Assembly (NCBI GenBank): GCA_036270175.1
Contig: DATBCZ010000102.1
Coordinates: forward strand, 1-35,075
Length of the DNA stretch: 35,075 nt
Direction of reading: 5' to 3'
DNA from: Steroidobacteraceae bacterium
GTDB taxonomy: Bacteria; Pseudomonadota; Gammaproteobacteria; Steroidobacterales; Steroidobacteraceae
Made by a program: the position numbers and the translations under genes. Positions 1-7,948 of the stretch are shown piece after piece (the first letter of the stretch is position 1; the number at the start of each line of letters is the position of its first letter). The notes beneath the pieces are model-generated. The model saw only the letters and a program-made list of their open reading frames with translations, searched no databases and had not been told where the DNA came from.

Positions 1-79
1 CTCTCCGGGCGCGCCATTAAATCAAGCACTTAGATGACCACCCAAGCGGGTCGTTGCGCGGGCCACGGACTCGGGTGAT

Positions 80-2482
80 TTACCGCTGAGGACGTCGCGC
101 AACCGACGCGAGAAACTCTTGGAACGGGCCCATGGCCGACCGATCGTCGAATAATCGCGGGCGGCGCTGCTCGATCTCGTGCCGGATGTGCGTTCGGTAA
201 TCTCGATCGGTTGCCAGCTTGACAACCAGATTCACGTACTCCGCTTCGCTTGGGGCGATCAACTCCTGCAGATCCATGCGCCGCAAAACGCCGCTCGCGA
301 GGCGCCCCCGCAAGAAGCGTCCCTCACGCGTCACCAGCGGCAGGCCGCATTCCATCGCTTGCACCGCGGTGTTGTAGCCCGAAAATCCAATCGTATCGAG
401 CATTACATCAGCGCGTCTCAGGAGTGCGTGAAAATCGGGGAACGCCAGCCAGGGAAGAAACCGGACACGGTCCTTCACCTCGAGACCGGCCGCCTCGAAC
501 TCTTTGACAATTCGAGCCCGAAGAATGTTGGATAACGCCTCTCCGGGACGCATGAAGAAAATCAACTGCACATCCGGGATGCGTCGCGCAATGTCTGTAA
601 AAACGTGGTCATAGGTGGGTTGGTACTTGTAGGGAGTACCGGGACACACCAGAATGGGTCTCTCGAGATCGATGTTCAGCTTTGCAAAGTCAGGATTGCC
701 GTTAGTGAAGTTCAACGGCTGCACGCGATTGCCGAGGTGCGGCAGGAGAATGAGCCGCTCAGAGTAGTAATCCTGTGCAGCGGCGGGCTCGAAGCACTCC
801 GCCGACACATAGTAGTCGAGTGTCGGTAAACCCGACGTGTCAGGATGACCCCAACTGTTGATCTGGACGGGCGCCAGGCGCAGGCTCGCTAACTTGAGCG
901 CCATCGTATCGAGTCCTACCGCCGGATGGATCAGGATTTCACAATTCTGTTCGCGCAGCGCGGCCACCCACTCCGCCAGGCTCTTGGGACCGCCGAAGAA
1001 AACATCTGACTGCGCGCGCGCCTTGGCCGTCTCTGTATCGTCGCGCTCCGATAGCGAGAAGACCACGAGCTCAAACCGCTCGCGATCGAACGACCGGAAC
1101 CAACCATCGAGGATCGCCACCCAATTCGAGTGGGACCGAATGTCCGCGGAGACGATGCCCAGCCTGATCCGCTTTCCCGGCGGCCTGATGGACGCTGGCG
1201 CTTGCTCGCGGTCGAGCCAACGCTGCATCGTTTTTGCACACAACCGGCCATAATGCTCGAGCAGCGTCCGGTTGTTTTCTTCCTGATAGGTCAGGAAGAA
1301 GGGCTGCAGCACTCCGACGAACTCCGAGCCATCACTCTCACTCGTGGCCCACCACTGTTCGAACCTGGCGAGCTCGAGCGCGAAGCCGGAGCGGTCTGGC
1401 GAATCCTTGGCATCTTTCGACGCAAACGCTGGCGCCCAAAGCATTACGCGCGCCCAGCGGGGAATCGCGGCGTTGGTATCAGTCTCGATAGCTTTGTCAA
1501 AGCTTGCTAAGGCGCGATCGAGCTGCGCCATGCGCCAGTAGCCAAGCCCGAGGTTGCAATGGCACTCGGAGTTGCCCGGATCCAGAGCAACCGCCTTTTC
1601 GAAGTTCAGTTGGACGAGCAGACGATTTTGTTCCGAGCCCGCGTCTAAACCGAGATAGGCCCCGCCCAGACTGTAGTAGGACTTGCTGGAGTTGGGATTC
1701 AGCCGTATGGCGGTCTCGAAGAGCTCTATCGCCTCGGCATACCTTGCCATACGGTGCAGGACCACCCCCAGCATGTGATATGGACCGAAATGTTCCGGGG
1801 TCAGCTCGATCTCGCGGCGACAGGAGGCTTCAGCCTGCTGGAACTGGCCGGTCTCCAGTGAGAGTCGCGACAGGGTCTGTTGCGCTGGGACCAACTGGGG
1901 ATTGAGAGCCAAGGCGCGCCGGCAGCTCGCAATCGCCCCGGCTTTGTCATCCACCTGCAGATAGAGGTTGCCGCGATAAAAGTGCAGCTCGGCCGATTTG
2001 GGTAACACCTCTATGCTTTGTTCGCAAAGTGCCGTGGCCTCCGTGCTCCGGCCCGCCTTGACCAACGCGACGATCAACTGGCGGCGCGCGAGCTCGAAGT
2101 TGGGGCGCAGAGCGACGGCCTTCTGCAGATGCGAAATCTCCAAGTCACGCGGCCCGGATGTCTCGAGGATGCCGGCCAGGAGGTAGTGACCGTCAGCGTC
2201 ATCGGCCGCAACGAACACGGCGCGTTCCAGAGCCTTGCGCGCTTCGTCGAGGCGACCTTGCGCCTTGAGGACAAAGCCCAGCATGACGAGCGCCCCGGGA
2301 TATTGCGCATCGGATTCCGTCACCTGCCGGTAACAGCGCTCGGCATCGGCGTAACGGCCGGCCTTGACGTGCTCGTCACCCTGGCTCTTGATGGTCAGTG
2401 GCGGTGGTGCGGCGGGAGCGGCGGCCGGGAGCACAGTGTCCGGCGCTTTGTTGTCAGCTTTTCCCTTGAACCACTTCAACAT
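80..2482 (-). CDS. TPR-repeat protein fused to a GT41 (OGT/SPINDLY-like) glycosyltransferase domain
   Basis: 800-aa ORF with ATG at 2482. The N-terminal ~350 aa is a run of TPR-like 34-residue repeats (e.g. AERCYRQVTESDAQYPGALVMLGFVLKAQGRLDEARKALERAV; AIELFETAIRLNPNSSKSYYSLGGAY). The C-terminal half carries motifs I recognise from SPY/OGT GT41 catalytic domains (INSWGHPDTSGLPTLDYYVS; MLDTIGFSGYNTAVQAMECGLPLVT). Confidence 0.85.
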   Translation of the reverse strand: MLKWFKGKADNKAPDTVLPAAAPAAPPPLTIKSQGDEHVKAGRYADAERCYRQVTESDAQYPGALVMLGFVLKAQGRLDEARKALERAVFVAADDADGHYLLAGILETSGPRDLEISHLQKAVALRPNFELARRQLIVALVKAGRSTEATALCEQSIEVLPKSAELHFYRGNLYLQVDDKAGAIASCRRALALNPQLVPAQQTLSRLSLETGQFQQAEASCRREIELTPEHFGPYHMLGVVLHRMARYAEAIELFETAIRLNPNSSKSYYSLGGAYLGLDAGSEQNRLLVQLNFEKAVALDPGNSECHCNLGLGYWRMAQLDRALASFDKAIETDTNAAIPRWARVMLWAPAFASKDAKDSPDRSGFALELARFEQWWATSESDGSEFVGVLQPFFLTYQEENNRTLLEHYGRLCAKTMQRWLDREQAPASIRPPGKRIRLGIVSADIRSHSNWVAILDGWFRSFDRERFELVVFSLSERDDTETAKARAQSDVFFGGPKSLAEWVAALREQNCEILIHPAVGLDTMALKLASLRLAPVQINSWGHPDTSGLPTLDYYVSAECFEPAAAQDYYSERLILLPHLGNRVQPLNFTNGNPDFAKLNIDLERPILVCPGTPYKYQPTYDHVFTDIARRIPDVQLIFFMRPGEALSNILRARIVKEFEAAGLEVKDRVRFLPWLAFPDFHALLRRADVMLDTIGFSGYNTAVQAMECGLPLVTREGRFLRGRLASGVLRRMDLQELIAPSEAEYVNLVVKLATDRDYRTHIRHEIEQRRPRLFDDRSAMGPFQEFLASVARRPQR

Positions 2483-2568
2483 TCGACTTCCGTCCCGGAA
2501 AGCAGCATTCTCCGCGATATTAGATCATGCACTCGGGCAATCGTCCAAGCGGCCTCCCGTCGTTAGCT

Positions 2569-4167
2569 TCAGGCCTGCTCGTGGTACTGGTATGACCACG
2601 TCTCCGACAGCGTCTGATCATCACTCTTCAAAAACAGCCGCATCTCCACCACGCCGAGGCCGGAGGCTGTGTAGTCGAATGAGGCGCGCCAGTGGCCGGG
2701 TACGCTGTCGGGCACTGCCTCGGTGAACACGTAGGAGAATGCGCCCGACGCCGCCCAGAGAATCGGCTGTGGTTTGGTGCCGAAGGGGAGACCTGCAAGG
2801 GGTCCGCCGAGGAATTCAACGACAAACTTACGGACCCCCTTCGGGCGCGGCTTGCCGGGCTCCCCGCCGCGGCCCATGCGTGTGGCAACGCACCGCGCGA
2901 GCGAGCTCGGATGGGGCTCGTCGGCGCTCCAGGAGAGGCGGTAGCGAAGTTGTAAGTTAGTGCCGGCCCTGGCCGGTTGCTTTGGGACCCACATGGCTAC
3001 GACGTTGTCATGGAACTCGTCGTCGGTCGGGATCTCGACCAGTTGTACCGCGCCATCGCCCCAGTCATCCAAGGGCTCGACCCACAGGCTCGGGCGACGC
3101 TCGTAGCGGACCCCATCGAGATAGTGGTCGAATACACGGTCGCGTTGTAACAGGCCGAAGCCCTTCGGCGACTTGTCGACGAAGGCGGACGTCGAGGGAT
3201 GCTCGGTGTCGTTGAGTGGGCGCCAGATGTGCTCACCGGTACCGGTCCACAGCGCCAGTCCGTCCGAATCGTGAACTTCGGGTCGCCAGTCCGTGGCGGT
3301 TGGTTTGGTCGTCTCCGAGAACCAATACATCGACGTCATGGGTGCGATCCCGAGTTGGTTGACGTCCTGACGCAGGAACAGACGCGCCTCGATCTCCATC
3401 ACTACTGCCTTGTCCCGCTTCATGATGAATCGGTACGCGCCGGTAATGCTGGGCCCTTCCAACGCGGCATAGAGAGTCACGTCATGTGAGCCCTCTGCCG
3501 GTGGCTCGAAATAAAAGCGGGTGAAATCTGGAAACTCCTCGGGGTGATCGGCCGAGGACACATTCAGCGCGACGCCGCGCGCCGAGAGACCGTACTGATA
3601 GAGTTCTCCGATACCACGAAAGTAGGAAGCGCCGAGAAAGGCCGCCCAATCGTTGTTGTGCCAATCGAGTTTCTGCTGATCGCCGCTGCGGCTTTCCTGA
3701 AAACGGAAGCCGGCGAAGCCCGCGCCCTTGGGCAATTGTTTCGCGGGACTGTCCGCGGGCATGCTGAAGTAACCCGGGTCGTAAAGAATCTCACTGGCGG
3801 CGGGTTGGCCGCCGGCAGCCGCGAGTACATACATGTGCACGGGGGTGCGGAAGAATTTCCCAAGGTGGAAGAACGTTACGGGAAATATGCCGGGGCCGTC
3901 GCGGAACAGCGCGTAATCAGTATTGAATTTAATTTTACCGTGCGCTTCGTAATCAATGTTATCGAGAACCTGCTGCGGTAACGAGTTCTCGCGCGCATAG
4001 GGATGCGCTGCGCGCGCCTGCATTTCTTTGCTGAGTGCGTCGAATGAGAACGGTTGGGGCTTACCGAGCTTGAGGCCGGAAGCCGCGAAGGCTCGTGGCA
4101 CGAGCCCGAGCGCGGACAGGGCCATGGAGGCGCTCGCAGCCGCGAGCACGGAACGACGATCGATCAT
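2569..4167 (-). CDS. opgD: Periplasmic glucan biosynthesis protein OpgD (MdoD; OpgG/OpgD family, Tat-exported)
   Basis: ORF 2569..4260 trimmed to the internal ATG at 4167, which opens a twin-arginine signal (MIDRRSVLAAASASMALSALGLVPRAFAA). The body matches the MdoG/OpgG-OpgD family along its whole length (FRFQESR, GASYFRGIG, GIAPMTSMYWFSE, VHDSDGL, LLQRDR). The extra 31 N-terminal codons in the track overlap the upstream gene and look non-coding. Confidence 0.9.
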   Translation of the reverse strand: MIDRRSVLAAASASMALSALGLVPRAFAASGLKLGKPQPFSFDALSKEMQARAAHPYARENSLPQQVLDNIDYEAHGKIKFNTDYALFRDGPGIFPVTFFHLGKFFRTPVHMYVLAAAGGQPAASEILYDPGYFSMPADSPAKQLPKGAGFAGFRFQESRSGDQQKLDWHNNDWAAFLGASYFRGIGELYQYGLSARGVALNVSSADHPEEFPDFTRFYFEPPAEGSHDVTLYAALEGPSITGAYRFIMKRDKAVVMEIEARLFLRQDVNQLGIAPMTSMYWFSETTKPTATDWRPEVHDSDGLALWTGTGEHIWRPLNDTEHPSTSAFVDKSPKGFGLLQRDRVFDHYLDGVRYERRPSLWVEPLDDWGDGAVQLVEIPTDDEFHDNVVAMWVPKQPARAGTNLQLRYRLSWSADEPHPSSLARCVATRMGRGGEPGKPRPKGVRKFVVEFLGGPLAGLPFGTKPQPILWAASGAFSYVFTEAVPDSVPGHWRASFDYTASGLGVVEMRLFLKSDDQTLSETWSYQYHEQA

Positions 4168-4249
4168 GTTGTAGGGAGCGAAAAGCGCTTGGTTTCTTAG
4201 GCTTCGCTGAGCCCAGCAAGGAGGGTGCCCGCCACCTGAGGCTCGGGCC

Positions 4250-5068
4250 TCATGCACCAAACCAGTACGCTATGGCGCGCATCTCGATGCTCGCGCGAGG
4301 TGCAACGCCAACGGGGCAGGTCGGGTCATTGAATGCCGTATGCGGCACGTGGTGAGGCTGTCTCGGATCGGAATCATTCGTTTTGAACACCAATGCCTCC
4401 TCGCGCGTCATGTTCGAGAAGTACGACCACCGATGTCGTGGGTTGTAGCGAACGACCAGCCCTTCGAATGACCATTCCGGTTTTCCGGGAACATCGAATA
4501 CCGCATCCGCTTCCATCAGATCTTCCTGCGACACACTGCGCGCGTCACAAACCGCAAGCGGCACATCTTGTGGCGGTGGGGAGAGAACTCGCCAGACGTT
4601 GTAATGCGCAAAGCGCCGGATCGGCACGCCTGCGTTCTGAGGACAGGAGCGGTGCGCGAATATCCTGGCGGTTGGATCGCTGACGTCGATGTGGATGAAG
4701 CGGGCCGGGCGCGAGTTGTTGAGACGGCCCGAGTCGGGTGAGCTCTCGCTGAAGCGCAGCACGCCCGGCGAACTCACTACCGCACGGTCGGCCCCGGAAA
4801 GCTCGGTCACGAGCCGCTCGATTTCGGCGGGATGAAGTTTCGCTACTTCCTGCGCATTGCGGAAATCCTCGACTGCGCTGCTGTGTTTGATGAGTGCAAA
4901 TCCCTCTGTCTCGAGAGTGGGCCAGACAGCCTGCGCGCGCGCATCGTCGATCAGAATCGTCCGCTCCTCCAGTGCAAGAACATCTCGGGAGTGATCATTC
5001 GCGTAGAAACGCGGTCGCTCGGCCATCGGGCCGGTGTAGTGGACTCGCCCTTCGACTGTGCGCTTCAT
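4250..5068 (-). CDS. CmcJ/NvfI-family protein (7-alpha-cephem methoxylase P8-chain-like oxidoreductase)
   Basis: ORF 4250..5158 trimmed to the ATG at 5068 (MKRTVEGRVHYTG...). From memory it resembles the CmcJ/NvfI family (ERPRFYAND..., ARFIHIDVSD, HYNVWRVL, PLAVCDARSV, RHRWSYFSNMTREEALVFK). The family name is recalled, not searched. Confidence 0.7.
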   Translation of the reverse strand: MKRTVEGRVHYTGPMAERPRFYANDHSRDVLALEERTILIDDARAQAVWPTLETEGFALIKHSSAVEDFRNAQEVAKLHPAEIERLVTELSGADRAVVSSPGVLRFSESSPDSGRLNNSRPARFIHIDVSDPTARIFAHRSCPQNAGVPIRRFAHYNVWRVLSPPPQDVPLAVCDARSVSQEDLMEADAVFDVPGKPEWSFEGLVVRYNPRHRWSYFSNMTREEALVFKTNDSDPRQPHHVPHTAFNDPTCPVGVAPRASIEMRAIAYWFGA

Positions 5069-5090
5069 GGACCTCAGCCCTCGCGGACGC

Positions 5091-5462
5091 TCAGAATAAT
5101 CGCGCACCGTTCGGAACGACCTGATCGGGTGAGAACAGCACAACCTCGCCGCTCTCATCCGGGAACCCCAGGGTCAATACTTCGGAGATGAATTTGCCGA
5201 TCTGGCGGGGCGGGAAATTCACCACCGCCGCGACCTGCCGTCCAAGGAGTGTCGCCGTTTCATAGTGGCGCGTGATCTGGGCGCTCGACTGCTTCACGCC
5301 GACGCCGGCGCCAAAGTCGATCCGCAGTTTCAGTGCAGGCTTGCGCGCCTCGGGGAAAGGTTCGGCAGCAACGATCGTCCCGACGCGAATGTCGACTGCC
5401 AGGAACTGATCGAATTTGATTTCTTGCGCCGCCGGCGCACGGGGGTCGTGTGTGAGGTGCAT
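5091..5462 (-). CDS. csaA: tRNA-binding protein (CsaA/YgjH, EMAP-type OB fold)
   Basis: ORF trimmed to the ATG at 5462 (MHLTHDPRAP...). Diagnostic stretch: FLAVDIRVGTIVAAEPFPEARKPALKLRIDFG...GVKQSSAQIT...LLGRQVAAVVNFPPRQIGKFISEVLTLG...PNGARLF. Confidence 0.85.
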   Translation of the reverse strand: MHLTHDPRAPAAQEIKFDQFLAVDIRVGTIVAAEPFPEARKPALKLRIDFGAGVGVKQSSAQITRHYETATLLGRQVAAVVNFPPRQIGKFISEVLTLGFPDESGEVVLFSPDQVVPNGARLF

Positions 5463-5610
5463 CGCGCGATTGTACGACACCCTCGAACGAGCGCCCCGGC
5501 CTGCACCGTAACCGTGCCGGCACGTGGCAGGGCGCACCCTTCGCAGTCATCAGCCTGGCTGGCCCACGCGTAAGTGCTTGTTTCATGGTTGCCAGGGTGC
5601 GCCGCAGCCC

Positions 5611-5626
5611 TGGCACGCCCGTTGCA
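5611..5626 (+). promoter_or_regulatory. Sigma-54 (RpoN) -24/-12 promoter, consensus-perfect
   Basis: cTGGCACGcccgTTGCAa matches YTGGCACG-N4-TTGCW at every conserved position. GG is at 5612-5613 and GC at 5624-5625, which is the obligatory spacing. It lies in the 257-bp spacer between csaA and the small ORF. Predicted +1 is about 5637. Confidence 0.55.
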
Positions 5627-5636
5627 AATATACCTG

Positions 5637-5721
5637 CACGGACACTGACTCGACGTCCGAACGCCGCCTGGCATAGCTCGTGACCCCCTCGCGATAGCTG
5701 TGTCCGGCGGCGTGTTTTTTT
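5637..5721 (+). ncRNA. Candidate RpoN-dependent small RNA (~85 nt), uncharacterised
   Basis: The stretch between the predicted sigma-54 start and the T7 tract has no ATG. It has a 5' stem-loop (CGGAC 5639-5643 / GTCCG 5655-5659), then a long terminator-type hairpin with a CCCCC apical loop. No + strand CDS is available to own this promoter or terminator. Confidence 0.4.
5661..5721 (+). terminator. Intrinsic-terminator-like long hairpin followed by G+T7
   Basis: Hand-paired: 5661-5683 with 5689-5713, 22 pairs (2 G-U), three 1-2 nt bulges, loop CCCCC (5684-5688), then gTTTTTTT (5714-5721). The T-run is only on the + strand. On the - strand the hairpin is followed by ttcggacg, so the orientation is +. 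It abuts the stop codon of the - strand small ORF. Confidence 0.6.
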
Positions 5722-5893
5722 ACAGCGGTGGTCCGCGTCGGCCCCGATACCCGTACAGCAGATAGACGACCACCAGTACCAGGACGATGAGCCCGATCGG
5801 CCCGAGTCCCCAGCCCGCGCCGAATCCCCAGTAGAGGCCGCCGCCGCCGCCGAACAACAGCAGCAGCAAAATCAGAACCAGTAGCAGATCCAT
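5720..5893 (-). CDS. Small hydrophobic membrane protein (57 aa), not in the ORF track
   Basis: Hand translation: MDLLLVLILLLLLFGGGGGLYWGFGAGWGLGPIGLIVLVLVVVYLLYGYRGRRGPPL*. ATG at 5893, TAA at 5720-5722. GGAG lies about 9 nt upstream of the ATG (ggggagattcacgctATG). Two predicted TM segments flank a Gly/Trp-rich linker, and the third codon position is GC-rich. The style is like DUF3309-type mini-proteins, but I cannot assert membership. Confidence 0.45.
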   Translation of the reverse strand: MDLLLVLILLLLLFGGGGGLYWGFGAGWGLGPIGLIVLVLVVVYLLYGYRGRRGPPL

Positions 5894-6039
5894 AGCGTGA
5901 ATCTCCCCAAGCAGTGTGGATTGTTTGATGCAAGTACCTGGTGTTAGTTAGAGCAAGGGGTGTGCCGCCGGTTTCTGGCGCCATACACGGACGTAACCGC
6001 TACAATGGCGTCCTCCGGCCACGCTTCAGCGAACCGAGG

Positions 6040-7206
6040 ATGACGGCCATGACTCCATCAGATACACCAGCGACAGAACCGACGGCGGCATCGCCCAGAT
6101 ACATGGCGCGCGCGTCGCGGGCATTGCTCGTACTTGCCACGGTGACGGTAGCGGCCCTCCTGTACTTCGGGCATGAGGTGTTCATTCCCGTCGCGCTGGC
6201 GCTTCTATTCGCCATGGTGCTCTCGAACGCGGTGGAGGGTTTGCACCGGCTGGGCCTGCCACGTGCCGTCGGCGCCTTCCTCATGTTGCTGCTTCTCGTC
6301 ACGGGTATCGGTGCCGCCACGGACGCGCTGATAGAGCCGGCGCAGAAATGGCTCGCCAGCGCGCCGACTACACTCCAGATGGTCGAACGCAAAATCCGCC
6401 CGGCCCAGCGTTGGATGCATCGCCTCGAGGGGCTTACCCACCGGGCGGGTGAGATGGGAGGACAGCGTTCGCCGACGCCCGGTGCGGGTGGCCCGACCCC
6501 GGCTCCGATAAGCGGCTCCGAGGTCCTGTCGGCGACGGGCGCAACGCTCGCGTCCATTGTCACGATCGTCATACTGACGTTATTTCTGCTGTCCGGTGGA
6601 CCGCCCATGTTGGCTCGCATGGCCGCGTCGCTGGGCTCGGATCTGCAGGCGGTGCACTACCTTCGGGCTATCGATGCCATACGCAGCGAGCTGGGTCGCT
6701 ATTACGGCATCATTGCGCTCATCAACGTCGGCTTGGGAGCGGCAACCGCCGTCGTGATGTTGTTCCTCGGCGTTCCGAATCCCTATCTCTGGGGAGCCGT
6801 CGCGGCGGTCCTGAACTTCATTCCCTATGTAGGCTCGGCAACAACTCTTCTGTTGCTCGCGGTGGTCGCGTTGGTGTCATTTGACGATCTCGGACGCGTC
6901 TTCGCCGTGGTCGGCAGCTATCTTGCCCTGGCTACGATCGAGGGCCAGGTGGTGCAGCCTCTCCTGGTCGGGAGGCGGCTCGACCTGAATCCCATTCTGG
7001 TCTTTCTCGCGGTGTGGTTTGGCGGTTGGTTCTGGGGCGTTGCCGGCATTGTCGTTGCCGTGCCCAGTCTGGTTGCCCTGAAGGTGGCCGCCACTCATAG
7101 CGCGCACGGCGGGACTGTCGTTGCTTTTCTCAGCCCGAGCGGCTCGAAGGCGTTGGAGTCGCTGCAGGGTCGGGTAACAGGAGTCCGCGCGCGCCTGCGA
7201 GCGTGA
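6040..7206 (+). CDS. AI-2E family transporter (PerM/UPF0118)
   Basis: ORF 5941..7206. The plausible start is ATG 6040 (MTAMTPSD) or ATG 6049, which has GAGGA 8 nt upstream. Multi-TM protein with family-typical features (FIPVALALLFAMVL..., NFIPYVGS, EGQVVQPLLVGRRLDLNPILVFLAVWFGGWFWGVAGIVVAVP). Confidence 0.85.
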   Translation: MTAMTPSDTPATEPTAASPRYMARASRALLVLATVTVAALLYFGHEVFIPVALALLFAMVLSNAVEGLHRLGLPRAVGAFLMLLLLVTGIGAATDALIEPAQKWLASAPTTLQMVERKIRPAQRWMHRLEGLTHRAGEMGGQRSPTPGAGGPTPAPISGSEVLSATGATLASIVTIVILTLFLLSGGPPMLARMAASLGSDLQAVHYLRAIDAIRSELGRYYGIIALINVGLGAATAVVMLFLGVPNPYLWGAVAAVLNFIPYVGSATTLLLLAVVALVSFDDLGRVFAVVGSYLALATIEGQVVQPLLVGRRLDLNPILVFLAVWFGGWFWGVAGIVVAVPSLVALKVAATHSAHGGTVVAFLSPSGSKALESLQGRVTGVRARLRA

Positions 7207-7219
7207 GGCCGTCACCCTG

Positions 7220-7948
7220 TCACGGCTTGGCCAGCAGCAGGGCCTTTATCTCGAGGGTTTTGCTATCAAACACCGCCAATAGCGGAACATCACGCCCCGT
7301 CATGGGCATGGTGGCCGCGTAGTCCGCCCCGAATCCCTGCTCCGCCAGGCGCTTTTTCAGCACGTTTCGCTGCGCCAGGGAGAAGTATCGCCACTCGTCC
7401 ACCCGCTTCAATTTGCTGCGCAGGTCGGGCAGGCCGTTTGACCAGGCTTGGTAATAACGCGGCATCGAGGTGGCATCGGTACTCCCGGGAGCACCGGCAG
7501 GCAGGTTGGGCGCATAGATCCAGCGCGGCAGGCTATACCAGTGCGGTGCCAGGTCAGGATTCTTTTCCTGCCCCAGTGCGATTTCGGCGGGGTTCATATC
7601 TGTCGGTTGCACAATCGACAACTCGCGTCCGGAGTAGGCGTAGTACAGGGGCCGTCCATGCCACAGTGTGATGCTGCCGTAGACGAGCGCCACCAACTGC
7701 ACGATGACGATAAAGGAGACGTCGCGCGCGAGCAATCGCAGGGGCTTACCCGGGTTCGCAATGATGAATGTCAGGAGCGGGCCCAGTGCCGCATCCACAC
7801 CCACGGTGATCGGAAGTACCTTGAACATTCCGGCCAGATACCAACCGGGCCAGCGATACCATCCGAGGTAGAGGGTCCCCACGATCAATAGAAGCAGGCA
7901 GGTGCTGCCACCGAAATGCCAACCGAGTGCCTTGAGCCGATATTTCAT
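7220..7948 (-). CDS. TfpX/TfpZ (FimB)-family type IV pilin accessory membrane protein
   Basis: 242 aa. The N-terminal pattern matches my recollection of this family (LLLIVGTLYLGWYRWPGWY...VGVDAALGPLLTFIIANPGKP...RDVSFIVIVQLVALVYGSITLWHGRP). Family assignment is from memory, not from a search. Confidence 0.6.
   Translation of the reverse strand: MKYRLKALGWHFGGSTCLLLLIVGTLYLGWYRWPGWYLAGMFKVLPITVGVDAALGPLLTFIIANPGKPLRLLARDVSFIVIVQLVALVYGSITLWHGRPLYYAYSGRELSIVQPTDMNPAEIALGQEKNPDLAPHWYSLPRWIYAPNLPAGAPGSTDATSMPRYYQAWSNGLPDLRSKLKRVDEWRYFSLAQRNVLKKRLAEQGFGADYAATMPMTGRDVPLLAVFDSKTLEIKALLLAKP

Noticed and set aside
1-79. Possible 3' end of an upstream gene, or a terminator, at the left window edge.
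   Set aside because: All three + frames hit stops within 37 nt, so no frame can be preferred. The segment is too short to call anything.
296-310. The 12-13-mer aggcgcccccgc is shared with the REP-like elements.
   Set aside because: It is inside the GT41 coding sequence, only the GC-rich core matches, and there are no flanking repeat arms. It is most likely chance or codon-driven.
1560-1575. Second TGGCAC...TTGC sigma-54-like match (tggcactcggagttgc) on the + strand.
   Set aside because: The GG-to-GC spacing is one nucleotide too long, and RpoN promoters tolerate essentially no spacing change. It lies inside, and antisense to, the GT41 coding region, with no downstream terminator or ORF.
4168-4260. 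N-terminal extensions of several track ORFs: opgD to 4260, CmcJ-like to 5158, csaA to 5537, hppD from 9946, OMF from 21550, EmrA-like from 23141, lrp to 25312, 110-aa gene to 26858, XRE from 26684.
   Set aside because: The extensions overlap neighbouring genes or intergenic DNA and are compositionally non-protein-like. Internal ATGs give canonical N-termini (Tat signal, lipobox, HTH start) and often a better SD or stop/start coupling.
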